Shown here in pieces: positions 29,737 to 40,142 of a DNA stretch of 64,000 bases. Each line of letters starts with the position of its first letter. The stretch's first letter is position 1. Origin of the DNA: an uncultured Trueperaceae bacterium (lineage in GTDB: Bacteria; Deinococcota; Deinococci; Deinococcales; Trueperaceae); the NCBI GenBank assembly GCA_963799485.1, contig CAWCXJ010000008.1, positions 256,001 to 320,000 of the forward strand. Reading direction: 5' to 3'. Both the position numbers and the translations under genes were made by a program. The notes beneath the pieces were generated by a model. It made no database searches, was not told the origin of the DNA, and was given only the letters and a program-made list of their open reading frames with translations.

Positions 29737-31323
29737 ATGGCGCTGACGCGCAACCGACCCCTAGCCCGTAAAACCCGTCCCCCCCTCGTCGTCTTGCTGC
29801 CGAGCCTCGTAGTCGCGGTCGCGGTACTGCTGCCGCTCAGCTACCTGCTCTTCCGGGCGGCGGGCGCGAGCGGCGGGTTTTGGGACTATCTCTTCCGGAC
29901 ACGCAGCCTCACAGCGCTCTGGACAACCCTGTCGCTGGCCTTTTCGGTGACGACCTTGACGCTCCTTATCGCCTTGCCGGTTGCGTGGCTGACGCTCCGC
30001 ACAAACCTGGCAGGGCGGCGTATCTGGTTTGTCCTGAGCATGCTGCCGCTCGTGATTCCGACCTACGTGGGCAGCTTCGCGCTGATTTCGGCGTTTGCCA
30101 CCGGTGGACTCCTGGATCAACTCGCCGGGGTGTCGCTGCCGGTTTACGGCTTCGGCGGGGCGCTGGTCGTGCTGACACTCTTTACCTACCCGTATATGCT
30201 GCTCGCTCTCCGCGCCGGCTTGCGCGGCCTCGACCCGAGTCTGGAAGAGGCGGCGCGGAGCCTCGGTTACAGCCCGCTCAAAACCTTTTTCGCGGTAACG
30301 CTGCCGCACCTGCGCCCGGCGATTGCCGCGGGCGCGCTTTTAGTGTCGCTCTACGTGATTTCAGACTTCGGCGCAGTGGCGATGCTGCGCCTCGAGACCC
30401 TCACCCGCGGCGTCTACGTGCAGTATCAAAGCTCGTTCAACCGCTCGAACGCGGCGGCGCTCGGGCTGGTTTTGGTCGGTCTCACAGGCGCGGTGATGGC
30501 CTTTGACCTGCTCGTGCGCGGGCGCTCGCGGCTCGTGCGGACGGGTTCAGGGGCGGCGCGGCCCCTGCCGCTGCAGACGTTGGGGCGGTGGCAAGTCCCG
30601 GCGCAGCTCTTTTTAGGGTTGCTCGTTGCGGTGGCGCTGGTTGCGCCTCTTTCGGTTATCGGGGTATGGCTGGGGCGCGGTCTGGTCGGAGGGTCGGGGG
30701 TGGGGATAGGGCTGTCTCCGCTTTTTAACGCTCTGCGCGTTTCGCTTTTTGCGGCGCTCACCTCGACCCTGGCGGCGTTTCCGGTGGCGGTTTTGAGCGT
30801 GCGCTATCCCTCTAAACTGAGCGCCCTCTTGGAGCGCCTTACCTACGTCGGCTACGCCTTGCCGGGGCTTGTGGTGGCTTTGGCACTCGTTTTTTTCGGG
30901 GCGCGCTACGTCCCCGCGCTCTACCAGACCGAGGCTTTGCTGATTTTCGCCTACACCCTCCTTTTTTTGCCGCAAGCTCTGGGTAACATTCGCACCAGCC
31001 TTCTCAAGGTCAACCCGCATTTAGAAGAAGCGGCTAGGGGTCTGGGCCGAAACTCGTGGGGTGTGCTGACGCAGGTCACGGTGCCGCTCGTTCGTAGCGG
31101 CGTCTTAACCGGGGCGGCGCTGGTCTTTTTAACCACGATGAAAGAGCTGCCCGCAACCCTGCTCTTGGGGCCGACCGGGTTTAACACCCTGGCGACGCGC
31201 ATCTGGTCTTGGACGGTCGAGGCGTTTTTTGCGCAGGCTGCGCCCTACTGTTTTGTCCTTATCGCTGCGTCGTCGGTGTCTCTGGCGCTGCTGTTGGCGC
31301 ACGAACCGGACGAAACTGCGTAG
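29737..31323 (+). CDS. fbpB: Fe(III) ABC transporter permease (FbpB-like)
   Basis: Two EEAAR(S/G)LG EAA loops, SDFG, MKELPATLLL. Confidence 0.9.
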   Translation: MALTRNRPLARKTRPPLVVLLPSLVVAVAVLLPLSYLLFRAAGASGGFWDYLFRTRSLTALWTTLSLAFSVTTLTLLIALPVAWLTLRTNLAGRRIWFVLSMLPLVIPTYVGSFALISAFATGGLLDQLAGVSLPVYGFGGALVVLTLFTYPYMLLALRAGLRGLDPSLEEAARSLGYSPLKTFFAVTLPHLRPAIAAGALLVSLYVISDFGAVAMLRLETLTRGVYVQYQSSFNRSNAAALGLVLVGLTGAVMAFDLLVRGRSRLVRTGSGAARPLPLQTLGRWQVPAQLFLGLLVAVALVAPLSVIGVWLGRGLVGGSGVGIGLSPLFNALRVSLFAALTSTLAAFPVAVLSVRYPSKLSALLERLTYVGYALPGLVVALALVFFGARYVPALYQTEALLIFAYTLLFLPQALGNIRTSLLKVNPHLEEAARGLGRNSWGVLTQVTVPLVRSGVLTGAALVFLTTMKELPATLLLGPTGFNTLATRIWSWTVEAFFAQAAPYCFVLIAASSVSLALLLAHEPDETA

Positions 31324-31396
31324 TTCGTGTAAAGCGCTACCATCCTACAGTCTCGAGCCCCTATAAGCGTGTACCCTAGCAGCGGAGGTTACAATT

Positions 31397-31678
31397 ATGA
31401 GCAACAATGACAAAAGTCTCGGTGAGCGCGTGGGTGGAGCCGTAGATAAGGCCAAAGACGTCGCCCAGGACACTTTCTCGAGCGCCGACGAAAAGCGCAA
31501 AGAAGCGGGCAACCGTACCGACGCCAACGTCCAGGACGCCAAGGCGGAAAACTCGGACAACGTATTTGAAAAAGCCGGACACAAAATCTCCGGCGGCGTT
31601 GACCGCGCCGAAGCCGAAAGTCACGACAGCAAGGCCGAGTTTCACGAAGAGCGGGCGAAAGAACGCGCCAAAGAGTAA
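31397..31678 (+). CDS. Small highly hydrophilic LEA/CsbD-like protein
   Basis: 93 aa, rich in K/D/E/A, repeated G.VD.AK units; GGAGG RBS. Confidence 0.75.
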   Translation: MSNNDKSLGERVGGAVDKAKDVAQDTFSSADEKRKEAGNRTDANVQDAKAENSDNVFEKAGHKISGGVDRAEAESHDSKAEFHEERAKERAKE

Positions 31679-31697
31679 CGCGCCGTAAAAATGAACT

Positions 31698-31727
31698 GGA
31701 GGCTCGAGCGGTTGGCTCGAGCCTTTT
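31698..31727. terminator. CTCGAG-based terminator between convergent genes
   Basis: GGAGGCTCGAG-cggttgg-CTCGAGCCTTTT. Confidence 0.75.
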
Positions 31728-31729
31728 TG

Positions 31730-33652
31730 TTACCGCACTTCACTCCCGCTCGCAATATCCCGGTCCAGCGCCGAAATACTCAGGTTTCCTTCAGCGTCCT
31801 CTGCTGCCAAAATCATCCCCTGTGACTCCACGCCGCGCAGTTTTACGGGTTTTAGGTTCGCCACGATGATGACCTTTTTACCCGCCAACTGCCCTGGGTC
31901 GTACCACTTTTTAATGCCGGAGACGATGGTGCGCTCTTCGCTGCCCAGCTTAACGGACAAAACCAGCAACTTGTCGGCTTTGGGGTGCGCTTCGGCTTTG
32001 ATGACCTCGGCGACGCGGAACTCGAGCCTGGCAAAATCATCGATCGTCACTTCGGGTTTGTGTTCCAAGGGTTCCTCTTTCATTTCCAGACTTTCGTTGA
32101 GCGCGGCTAAGTCTACGCGGGGAAAAAGCGGGCTACCGAGTTTTGTTTGCGTTCCGGTGGTCGTCAAACCCCACTGCGCCGCGTCAGCTAGCGTAAAGGT
32201 TCCGCTAAGCCCGAGCTGCGCCCGCAGCTCTTCGGCCTTGTTCGGAATAACGGGCGAGAGGAGGATGCTCGAGCAGCGCAGCGCCTCCAGGCAGGTATAA
32301 AGCACCGTATCCAAACGTTTTGCGTTTGCCTCATCTTTGGCGAGCGTCCACGGTTGGGTTTCGGCGATGTATTTGTTCGCCTTGCGCACCGCTTCCAGCA
32401 CGCTCTCGATGGCCCGGTCGAACTGCAAACCATCGACCATCTTTGTGATTCTGTTCGGTAAAGAGATAAAGGCGTCTCTGAGCGCTTCGTCGATGGGCTC
32501 TAACGTTCCCGTTTCAGGCACGGTGCCGGAACGGTATTTGCCGAGCATCCCCAAAGTTCGGTTGAGCAGATTGCCGAGGTCGTTGGCGAGGTCGGAGTTG
32601 ATGCGTTCAGCCAGCCCGACTTCACTAAAACTTGCGTCGAGGCCGAAGGTCATATCGCGTAAAAGGTAGTAACGGAAGGCGTCGTTGCCGTACTTGTCTT
32701 TGAGGTCTAGGGGCCGCACCACGTTCCCCTTCGACTTGCTCATCTTGCCGCCGTCTACGAGCCAGTAGCCGTGAACATTCAGGTGTTGATAGATAGGTAA
32801 GCCCGCCGATTTGAGCATGGTCGGCCAGAAGACGCCGTGCGGTTTCAAGATGTCTTTGGCGATGAAATGTTCCACGTGCGGCCAGTAGTGGTCTTCGGTG
32901 CCGTGACTTTTGAGCGCGGAGTAGTAGTTGATGAGCGCGTCGAACCAGACATAGGTGACGTGGTTTTCATCCCACGGCAGCGGGATGCCCCACGGAACGC
33001 GGGCTCTCGGGCGGCTGATGGACAAGTCGCCGATAGGCTCCCGTAAAATCCCCAAAACCTCGTTGCGGTAGCGTTCGGGCCGGATAAAGTCGGGGTTGTC
33101 TTCGATGTATTCGCGGAGCCACGGGCGGTACTTTTCCATCCGGAAGAAATAATTTTCTTCGCTGCGGTACTCCAACACGATGTCGTGTTGCGGGCACTTA
33201 CCGTCAACGAGTTCTTTTTCGGTGTAGTAGCGTTCGCACCCCGTACAGTAAAGGCCGCCGTACTCGCCAAAAATAATGTCGCCCTTGTCGTAAACGGTTT
33301 GCAGAATCTCGCTGACGACTTTTTTATGACGCTCTTCGGTGGTGCGGATAAACTCGTCGTAAGAAATGCCCAAACTGTCCCAGACGTTGCGAAACTTGCC
33401 TGAGATTTGGTCGGTGTATTCTTGCGGCGTCATTCCCGAGGCTTTCGCTACCTGGTAGATACGTTCGCCGTGTTCGTCGGTGCCGGTCAAAAAGTAGGTG
33501 TCGTCGCCTCTGAGCCGGTGAAAACGGGCGGCAACATCAACCAGCGTGGTGGTGTAGGCGTGCCCGATGTGCGGTTCGGCGTTGACGTAAAAGATGGGCG
33601 TGGTGGCGTAGTAGATATTTTTATCAGATGCGGGTTTATCAGGTTGCGTCAT
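31730..33652 (-). CDS. metG: Methionine--tRNA ligase with C-terminal tRNA-binding domain
   Basis: HIGH, KMSKS, GTDEHG, YVWFDAL, Trbp111-like C-terminus. Confidence 0.97.
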   Translation of the reverse strand: MTQPDKPASDKNIYYATTPIFYVNAEPHIGHAYTTTLVDVAARFHRLRGDDTYFLTGTDEHGERIYQVAKASGMTPQEYTDQISGKFRNVWDSLGISYDEFIRTTEERHKKVVSEILQTVYDKGDIIFGEYGGLYCTGCERYYTEKELVDGKCPQHDIVLEYRSEENYFFRMEKYRPWLREYIEDNPDFIRPERYRNEVLGILREPIGDLSISRPRARVPWGIPLPWDENHVTYVWFDALINYYSALKSHGTEDHYWPHVEHFIAKDILKPHGVFWPTMLKSAGLPIYQHLNVHGYWLVDGGKMSKSKGNVVRPLDLKDKYGNDAFRYYLLRDMTFGLDASFSEVGLAERINSDLANDLGNLLNRTLGMLGKYRSGTVPETGTLEPIDEALRDAFISLPNRITKMVDGLQFDRAIESVLEAVRKANKYIAETQPWTLAKDEANAKRLDTVLYTCLEALRCSSILLSPVIPNKAEELRAQLGLSGTFTLADAAQWGLTTTGTQTKLGSPLFPRVDLAALNESLEMKEEPLEHKPEVTIDDFARLEFRVAEVIKAEAHPKADKLLVLSVKLGSEERTIVSGIKKWYDPGQLAGKKVIIVANLKPVKLRGVESQGMILAAEDAEGNLSISALDRDIASGSEVR

Positions 33653-33670
33653 CGTGTTCTCCTTCAGGCC

Positions 33671-33697
33671 AAAAAAAAAGCGCTTGGGTGCAAGCGC
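33671..33697 (-). terminator. Attenuator terminator in the metG leader
   Basis: GCGCTTG-CACC-CAAGCGC-T9 on the minus strand, 18 nt before the metG start. Confidence 0.85.
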
Positions 33698-33719
33698 CTG
33701 GAAACGGTTAAGCGTAAAC

Positions 33720-33761
33720 TTAGCCGGGGCCAGGTCTAAGCTGCATCATTCGCCCATTCAT
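33720..33761 (-). CDS. Putative metG leader peptide MNGRMMQLRPGPG (leaderless)
   Basis: TGcTATACT 7 nt before ATG, tandem internal Met codons, followed by antiterminator/terminator. Confidence 0.8.
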   Translation of the reverse strand: MNGRMMQLRPGPG

Positions 33762-33907
33762 AAAGTCAAGTATAGCAGAGAACTCGAGAGATCAGCGCTT
33801 GGAATAGCACCACTGGTGTGATGTTGCGCGGCTCGAGCAGAATTTATAGATTTTTTGGCGAAACGCAAGGTTTTGTTTGAACGCCGGCGTCAAGCGCGGG
33901 AGCCGTG

Positions 33908-33937
33908 AAAAGGCTCGAGCGTTTGACTCGAGCCTCC
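33908..33937 (-). terminator. CTCGAG-based terminator after the SBBP gene
   Basis: Minus strand GGAGGCTCGAG-tcaaacg-CTCGAGCCTTTT. Confidence 0.75.
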
Positions 33938-33958
33938 CTTTTTTCTGCACCGAGGTGT

Positions 33959-35224
33959 CTACTGATCTGTCCAAACCTTGTTACCGCTGCCGTTTCTGCG
34001 GAGCAAAAAGGCGTCTCTGCCCCCGTGATAGCTGCCGCCCTCGAGCGCCCCCGAAGTCGTCCCGGTCAGGTAGAGTTCTTTGCTGTAAGCAATCACGTCA
34101 TCTGCCTGGTCGTAGTTGGCGTTGCCGAACTGTTTTGTCCACTGCGCTGTGCCCGAAGCTGAAAGTTTCCGCATCAAGATGTCGTCTGCGCCTGCGTTTC
34201 TCGCTGCCAGACTGCCACGCGTAACCCCGACTGCGTAGACGTTTCCGGCTGAGTCGGCGGTAATGGTCGTGCCTACGTCGCGCGTTTTGGTGCCGAAGGT
34301 GCGTTGCCACGAAATTGCGCCGCTGAGGGTGTATTTAACGACCAAGATGTCGGACTCGAAAGGGTTTTCAAAAGGGTTATTGGATTCAGGGGGGGCGTAA
34401 TAGGTTTTGTCGCCAACCGCGTAAAGCGCATTTCCAACAACTTCCAGATCAAGGTAGTGCGTATCGGTAACGGGTACACCGAATTCGTTACGTGCGGAGA
34501 GAGGCATAGCGAACATGCTGTAGTATGAAACGTTCCCGGTCGGGCTTACTTTTTGAATATAGTCCCAACAGTAGTCGTCGCAATCTACCGCATACACGTA
34601 AGCATTCCCGCTTTTGTCGATAGCAATGTCTTCGACGCCACCGGGTGCAAGGCCATTATTGCTGGTAATGGTTGCTGAATAAACTTGTGTGCCACTGCTA
34701 GCGTATTTACGCAGTTCGTAGTACGCATTGCCATTATTGGAACGATCCTCGGTCAAGTAGATGTTGCCCCCGGTATCTACCGCCATCGCCATATCCGAGC
34801 AGAAGTTGTAGGTGTGTTTCCACAACAGGAGGCCGTCGGCCCGGTATTTGCTGTGAAAACAAAGGTCACCCTGCCGTCCGGCGACGTAGAGCTGCCCTTT
34901 CGCGTCCGCTGCGATATCTTTGACGATATCGTCGGCAGCGCTGGCAATCTGACGCGTCCAGGCGACTGTTTTGTTGCGGTTGTAACGCCGCAGGTAGATG
35001 TCGAAGCCGCCCCGGTTGGGCGCGTCTAGTGAACCCTTGGTGATGCCGGCCGCGTAAAGTGCGCCGAGTCGCGGGCTAAACGCCAGCTCTTTGCCCTGGT
35101 CTTCGGCAGCTGTTCCCAACGTTTGCGACTCGAGGCCAAAGGCGGCGTCGGTTACCGGCGGCTGAACCTGTGAACAAGCGGCGAGGGTGGTGAGGACGCT
35201 CATAAAGAAGCCGAAACGTTTCAT
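33959..35224 (-). CDS. SBBP-repeat (beta-propeller) lipoprotein
   Basis: LAAC lipobox; repeated W.RQ.G...D....IA.D..GN.Y..G.T.G.L units. Confidence 0.85.
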   Translation of the reverse strand: MKRFGFFMSVLTTLAACSQVQPPVTDAAFGLESQTLGTAAEDQGKELAFSPRLGALYAAGITKGSLDAPNRGGFDIYLRRYNRNKTVAWTRQIASAADDIVKDIAADAKGQLYVAGRQGDLCFHSKYRADGLLLWKHTYNFCSDMAMAVDTGGNIYLTEDRSNNGNAYYELRKYASSGTQVYSATITSNNGLAPGGVEDIAIDKSGNAYVYAVDCDDYCWDYIQKVSPTGNVSYYSMFAMPLSARNEFGVPVTDTHYLDLEVVGNALYAVGDKTYYAPPESNNPFENPFESDILVVKYTLSGAISWQRTFGTKTRDVGTTITADSAGNVYAVGVTRGSLAARNAGADDILMRKLSASGTAQWTKQFGNANYDQADDVIAYSKELYLTGTTSGALEGGSYHGGRDAFLLRRNGSGNKVWTDQ

Positions 35225-35417
35225 GGCGGAACCTTTCTCGAGGTGAAAGGTTTAGTTTGAGGTACCTGCTTTCACCGCTTGGGAAGTTGGCCAGAGTATA
35301 GGCCAAGTGTGTAGGTTTGGTGTGAGCATCGTGTGAACCTAGCTTTAGACAGCGGGATAAATCCTAGAGGGTTGCTTGCCCTAGCTATTTCTTATCAGCG
35401 CCGCTCGGTAGTCGTAG

Positions 35418-36947
<1,530 letters not shown>

Positions 36948-37128
36948 AAACACAAAAATGCATAAACGAAGCTGCTGAAGGTACGGTATATTGCGCCGCG
37001 TCAAGCTTTAAGGTGACGTGGAGCAATTTTTTCGTGTGCGTGCTGAACGTAAAAAATAACACACGACTAAAATCTTCGGAGACCGGCACGACGGTAAACA
37101 AGGGCTGTACTTTGTGATGTATATACGC

Positions 37129-37157
37129 TTGCATATACCGCAAATCAGTGTTACACT
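37129..37157 (+). promoter_or_regulatory. Sigma70 promoter for the small-ORF cluster
   Basis: TTGCAT-N17-TACACT with extended TG. Confidence 0.6.
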
Positions 37158-37250
37158 AGACTATGTCCGTTGAGGACACTCGAGGCTTCCAAACCTCCCC
37201 TGAAAACCAAACTTCTTCCCCGCAGTTCAACGACTGCTGAAAGGTCAACT

Positions 37251-37394
37251 ATGTACCCACTGCTTAGCGCCACCCTGCTCGCCAATAACCACATCGCCGA
37301 ACTTCAGCGCCACACCAAAAGCGCCCGCGTCGCCCGCGCCGGTCAGCTCGAGCACCGCACCGTACGCATCCCAAGACACTGGACAAACGGTTAA
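37251..37394 (+). CDS. Small protein A (47 aa, MYPLLSATLLANNHIAELQRH...)
   Basis: GAAAGG RBS; N-terminal helix resembles those of small proteins B-D. Confidence 0.55.
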   Translation: MYPLLSATLLANNHIAELQRHTKSARVARAGQLEHRTVRIPRHWTNG

Positions 37395-37435
37395 ACAACC
37401 CCGCCTGTAAACGAGACTGACGATGTACAGTAACG

Positions 37436-37624
37436 ATGTACAGCACCGACTTTTTGACCGCATACGCCGCTGACAAGATGACCGCCGCGCAACACCACGC
37501 CTGGGCGGAAAGCCTTCGCGTAGGCCGCCGTAACCGTTTAGCGCGGCAGTTTTCTCGCCTGACTACGCGCCTTCAATCCGACCTTGCGAGTACCACCTCA
37601 GCCCCTAAACGCCGAGCTTGCTAA
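37436..37624 (+). CDS. Small protein B (62 aa)
   Basis: RNRLARQFSRLTTRLQSDLA resembles protein C; 13-bp duplication at the start. Confidence 0.6.
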   Translation: MYSTDFLTAYAADKMTAAQHHAWAESLRVGRRNRLARQFSRLTTRLQSDLASTTSAPKRRAC

Positions 37625-37725
37625 CGTTGTGGCTTTTTACGGCGGCTAGCAATAGCGGGCTTGCGTACAGTCTCGAGTTCTGCTACTACGACAGCCGCCT
37701 GAAAAGGCAGAAAGGAGTAGAGATA

Positions 37726-37812
37726 GTGAATAAGCCGCTGATTCCAATCTGTACAGTTTGTGACACTGTTCATTCTGCCCCTACCCTTTTCACGCGGAGG
37801 CGATTCGTCTAG
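37726..37812 (+). CDS. Putative leader peptide (28 aa, MNKPLIPICTVCDTVHSAPTLFTRRRFV)
   Basis: AAGGAG RBS and GTG start; 3' end can pair with the downstream terminator arm. Confidence 0.6.
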   Translation: MNKPLIPICTVCDTVHSAPTLFTRRRFV

Positions 37813-37839
37813 TTCAGGTTTACCCTGCTGCCCCGAGTC

Positions 37840-37864
37840 GTCCCGGTCAGCCGGGACTTTTTTT
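37840..37864 (+). terminator. Terminator, probably an attenuator
   Basis: GTCCCGG-tcag-CCGGGAC-T7. Confidence 0.85.
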
Positions 37865-37903
37865 GTACCTTTGGCCTTAGACGACCGCCAGAGAGGAGTT
37901 TGC

Positions 37904-37981
37904 ATGACTGAGCTACGTTGTAGCGACGTAGGCGCACACCCAGAAACCAAAGCCGACCTGATACACCGGGCGAACCGCTAG
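37904..37981 (+). pseudogene. 25-aa ORF resembling the start of a DUF1059-like small metal-binding protein
   Basis: GAGGAG RBS; MTELRCSDVG N-terminus, then early stop. Confidence 0.4.
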
Positions 37982-38026
37982 CCGAATATGGGACGCGGTT
38001 GCCCTCCAGACGATCTAGGAGAAACC

Positions 38027-38221
38027 ATGTACCCTTATCCAAACCGACCCGAGCAGCTTTTACGGGCTGCTCACAGCCGGATGCGAGCCGCGGAGTTGGA
38101 GGCTGAGCACGCACGTTACGCGCCCTCACCGCGCCGCCGTTTAGCTTACGCTTTGCAGGCAGTTGCGGGGTGGCTCGAGCCCGACCTTGCCGCCGAGCCG
38201 TCCGCCAAGCACGTTTACTAA
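38027..38221 (+). CDS. Small protein C (64 aa)
   Basis: AGGAG RBS; RRRLAYALQAVAGWLEPDLA. Confidence 0.75.
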   Translation: MYPYPNRPEQLLRAAHSRMRAAELEAEHARYAPSPRRRLAYALQAVAGWLEPDLAAEPSAKHVY

Positions 38222-38239
38222 ACGCCCAACATTCGGTTC

Positions 38240-38267
38240 GCCCAGCCCTCAGTGGCTGGGTTTTTTT
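38240..38267. terminator. Terminator between small protein C and the convergent regulator
   Basis: cccagcc-ctcagt-ggctggg followed by a T run. Confidence 0.75.
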
Positions 38268-38928
38268 AGTGCTCGTCTTCTACCGGCGTAAGGCCGAGGC
38301 GAACGGCGTAGGTCTGGCCTTTGGGATTTTGCTTTTCGCTATAGCGTTTATAAAGCTCGTAAAGGTCTTTTTGCAGCGCCTTGGCAGTCTGAAACGTAAG
38401 CGTCAGGCTGCCGTCGGTAGCAAATAGCGCCTCGGCGTCGGGGGAGAAAAACGCGCTTGCCGTATCGACGCGCCCATCAGTGTGCGGAGTCAACGCAATT
38501 CTGACGCCGCCATCGTCACACGAAACCGCCAAACCCCAGACCGGCGACTGGTGTTGCAATACGCGCGCGGCCTCCCTATGAAAAAGTTTTTCTTGCGGCG
38601 TACTGAGGTCGTAAAGCAGCCGTTCTAACGTCTCACTCGGCGTCACCTGGAATGGGACGAAAAAAACTTCGGCGGTGGCCCGGTACACTTTTACGGCGCG
38701 GCCCCCGCGTTTTTGTTCGCGCACGACCTCGAGTAGTCCCAACTCGGCAAACCTGTTCACCTGGTAAAGCAGGTGCGGGAGTTTGAGCCCGAGTTCTGCG
38801 GCAGCTTCACTCAGCGTCACGTCGCGTTTCATAAAGGGCTCGAGACGTCTTACGCTGTCTGTATTAGTCAGCATACGTGCGGCGGTTTCGTCGGTAATTG
38901 TCAGCTGGTTCAAGAGCTCCCCTTTCAT
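38266..38928 (-). CDS. Winged-helix (ArsR-like) transcriptional regulator
   Basis: LEPF..VTLSEAAAELG...LLYQV..F.ELGLL.V...RGGR..K.YR; start taken at MKGELL. Confidence 0.85.
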   Translation of the reverse strand: MKGELLNQLTITDETAARMLTNTDSVRRLEPFMKRDVTLSEAAAELGLKLPHLLYQVNRFAELGLLEVVREQKRGGRAVKVYRATAEVFFVPFQVTPSETLERLLYDLSTPQEKLFHREAARVLQHQSPVWGLAVSCDDGGVRIALTPHTDGRVDTASAFFSPDAEALFATDGSLTLTFQTAKALQKDLYELYKRYSEKQNPKGQTYAVRLGLTPVEDEH

Positions 38929-38972
38929 TTGAAGTAGATACGTTTCACTATAGACCCTGTGAGGAGGCGGTG

Positions 38973-39131
38973 ATGAATACTTACGAACAGGCGAAAGAAA
39001 AACTGGCAACGTACCGTTTAGCAGCGGACGTTCGGCGTCAACTTCCCAAAAGAGTATGGCAGGCTGAGCTGGCGCAGGTGCTTAGGAGGGTGGCAGAGCG
39101 GCTCGAGCCCACCCACACAGCGGCGGCGTGA
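38973..39131 (+). CDS. Small protein D (52 aa), first gene of the ABC exporter operon
   Basis: GAGGAGG RBS; WQAELAQVLRRVAERLEP. Confidence 0.75.
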   Translation: MNTYEQAKEKLATYRLAADVRRQLPKRVWQAELAQVLRRVAERLEPTHTAAA

Positions 39132-39191
39132 CTTCTGGCAGTCCGTTCCCCGGCTATGCTGGGCTCTATAAGCTGATTCCGGGGAGCTGAT

Positions 39192-40142
39192 ATGCCGGCA
39201 CTCATCGAGGTTGAAAACTTACGCAAAACCTACCGCAAACGCGCGTCGAAAGAGCGGGTTACGGCGGCGCACAGCGTCTCGTTTCAGGTCGCAGAAGGTG
39301 AGATTCTAGGGCTGCTAGGGCCGAACGGCGCGGGTAAAACGACGACTATCAAGATGATTTGCAGTCTCCTCAAACCCGATGCGGGGCGGGTGTTGGTGAG
39401 AGGCATCGATAATCAGCAGCAGCGGTTACAGGCGCTCCGCCACCTCAGCGCCGTTTTGGAAGGAAACCGCAACCTCTACTGGCGTCTAAGCGTCCGCGAA
39501 AACATGCTCTACTTTGCCGGAAACCGGGGTGTGTCGGCGCGGGCGGCGCGGCCTAAAATTGCAGAACTGTTGACGCGTTTTAAGCTGAGCGATAAGGCCG
39601 ACGAACTGGTCAACAACCTCTCGCGGGGGATGCAGCAAAAGCTTGCGATTGCCGTTGCGCTACTTGCCGACACCGACGTCATTTTGCTCGACGAACCGAC
39701 GCTCGGCCTTGACGTGGGGACGGGGCTCGAGGTTCGTGCGCTGCTGCGTGAGGTCGCCGCCGAAGGCCGCACAGTCATCATCTCGACGCACGATATGGAC
39801 GTGGTGCAGGAGCTTTGCGGGCGCACCGTGATTATCAGTGCCGGACGCGTGGTGGCCGACGAGCGGGTCGCGGATTTGCTCGAGCTTTTCGCTACCCGTT
39901 CGTACCGAGTCACACTGGGAGCGCCGCTGAGCAGTGAGCAGCAAAGGCGTATCGCGCAGCGTTTTACGGTGTTTAGCTATGAAGACCTCCTGACCTTAAA
40001 CGTCACTTTAGAGCACCCCGAAGACATTTACGCTTTGATGGACGTGCTGAAGTTGGAGCGCACCCCGGTTGAGGATTTGGGCCGTACCCAACCCGACTTT
40101 GAACAGGTCTTTTTAGAGCTTACGCGAGCCGAACATGGCTAG
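39192..40142 (+). CDS. ABC-2 exporter ATP-binding protein
   Basis: GPNGAGKTT, LSRGMQQK, LDEPTLGLD. Confidence 0.92.
   Translation: MPALIEVENLRKTYRKRASKERVTAAHSVSFQVAEGEILGLLGPNGAGKTTTIKMICSLLKPDAGRVLVRGIDNQQQRLQALRHLSAVLEGNRNLYWRLSVRENMLYFAGNRGVSARAARPKIAELLTRFKLSDKADELVNNLSRGMQQKLAIAVALLADTDVILLDEPTLGLDVGTGLEVRALLREVAAEGRTVIISTHDMDVVQELCGRTVIISAGRVVADERVADLLELFATRSYRVTLGAPLSSEQQRRIAQRFTVFSYEDLLTLNVTLEHPEDIYALMDVLKLERTPVEDLGRTQPDFEQVFLELTRAEHG

Noticed and set aside
33660..33900. T-box or SAM riboswitch upstream of metG
   Set aside because: No T-box UGGNACC bulge or SAM-I core found, and the leader is too short; the leader-peptide model fits better
35242..35276. GGTGAAAG...CTTTCACC inverted repeat upstream of the SBBP gene
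   Set aside because: Single 8-bp stem with a long loop and no second copy; too weak to assign a function
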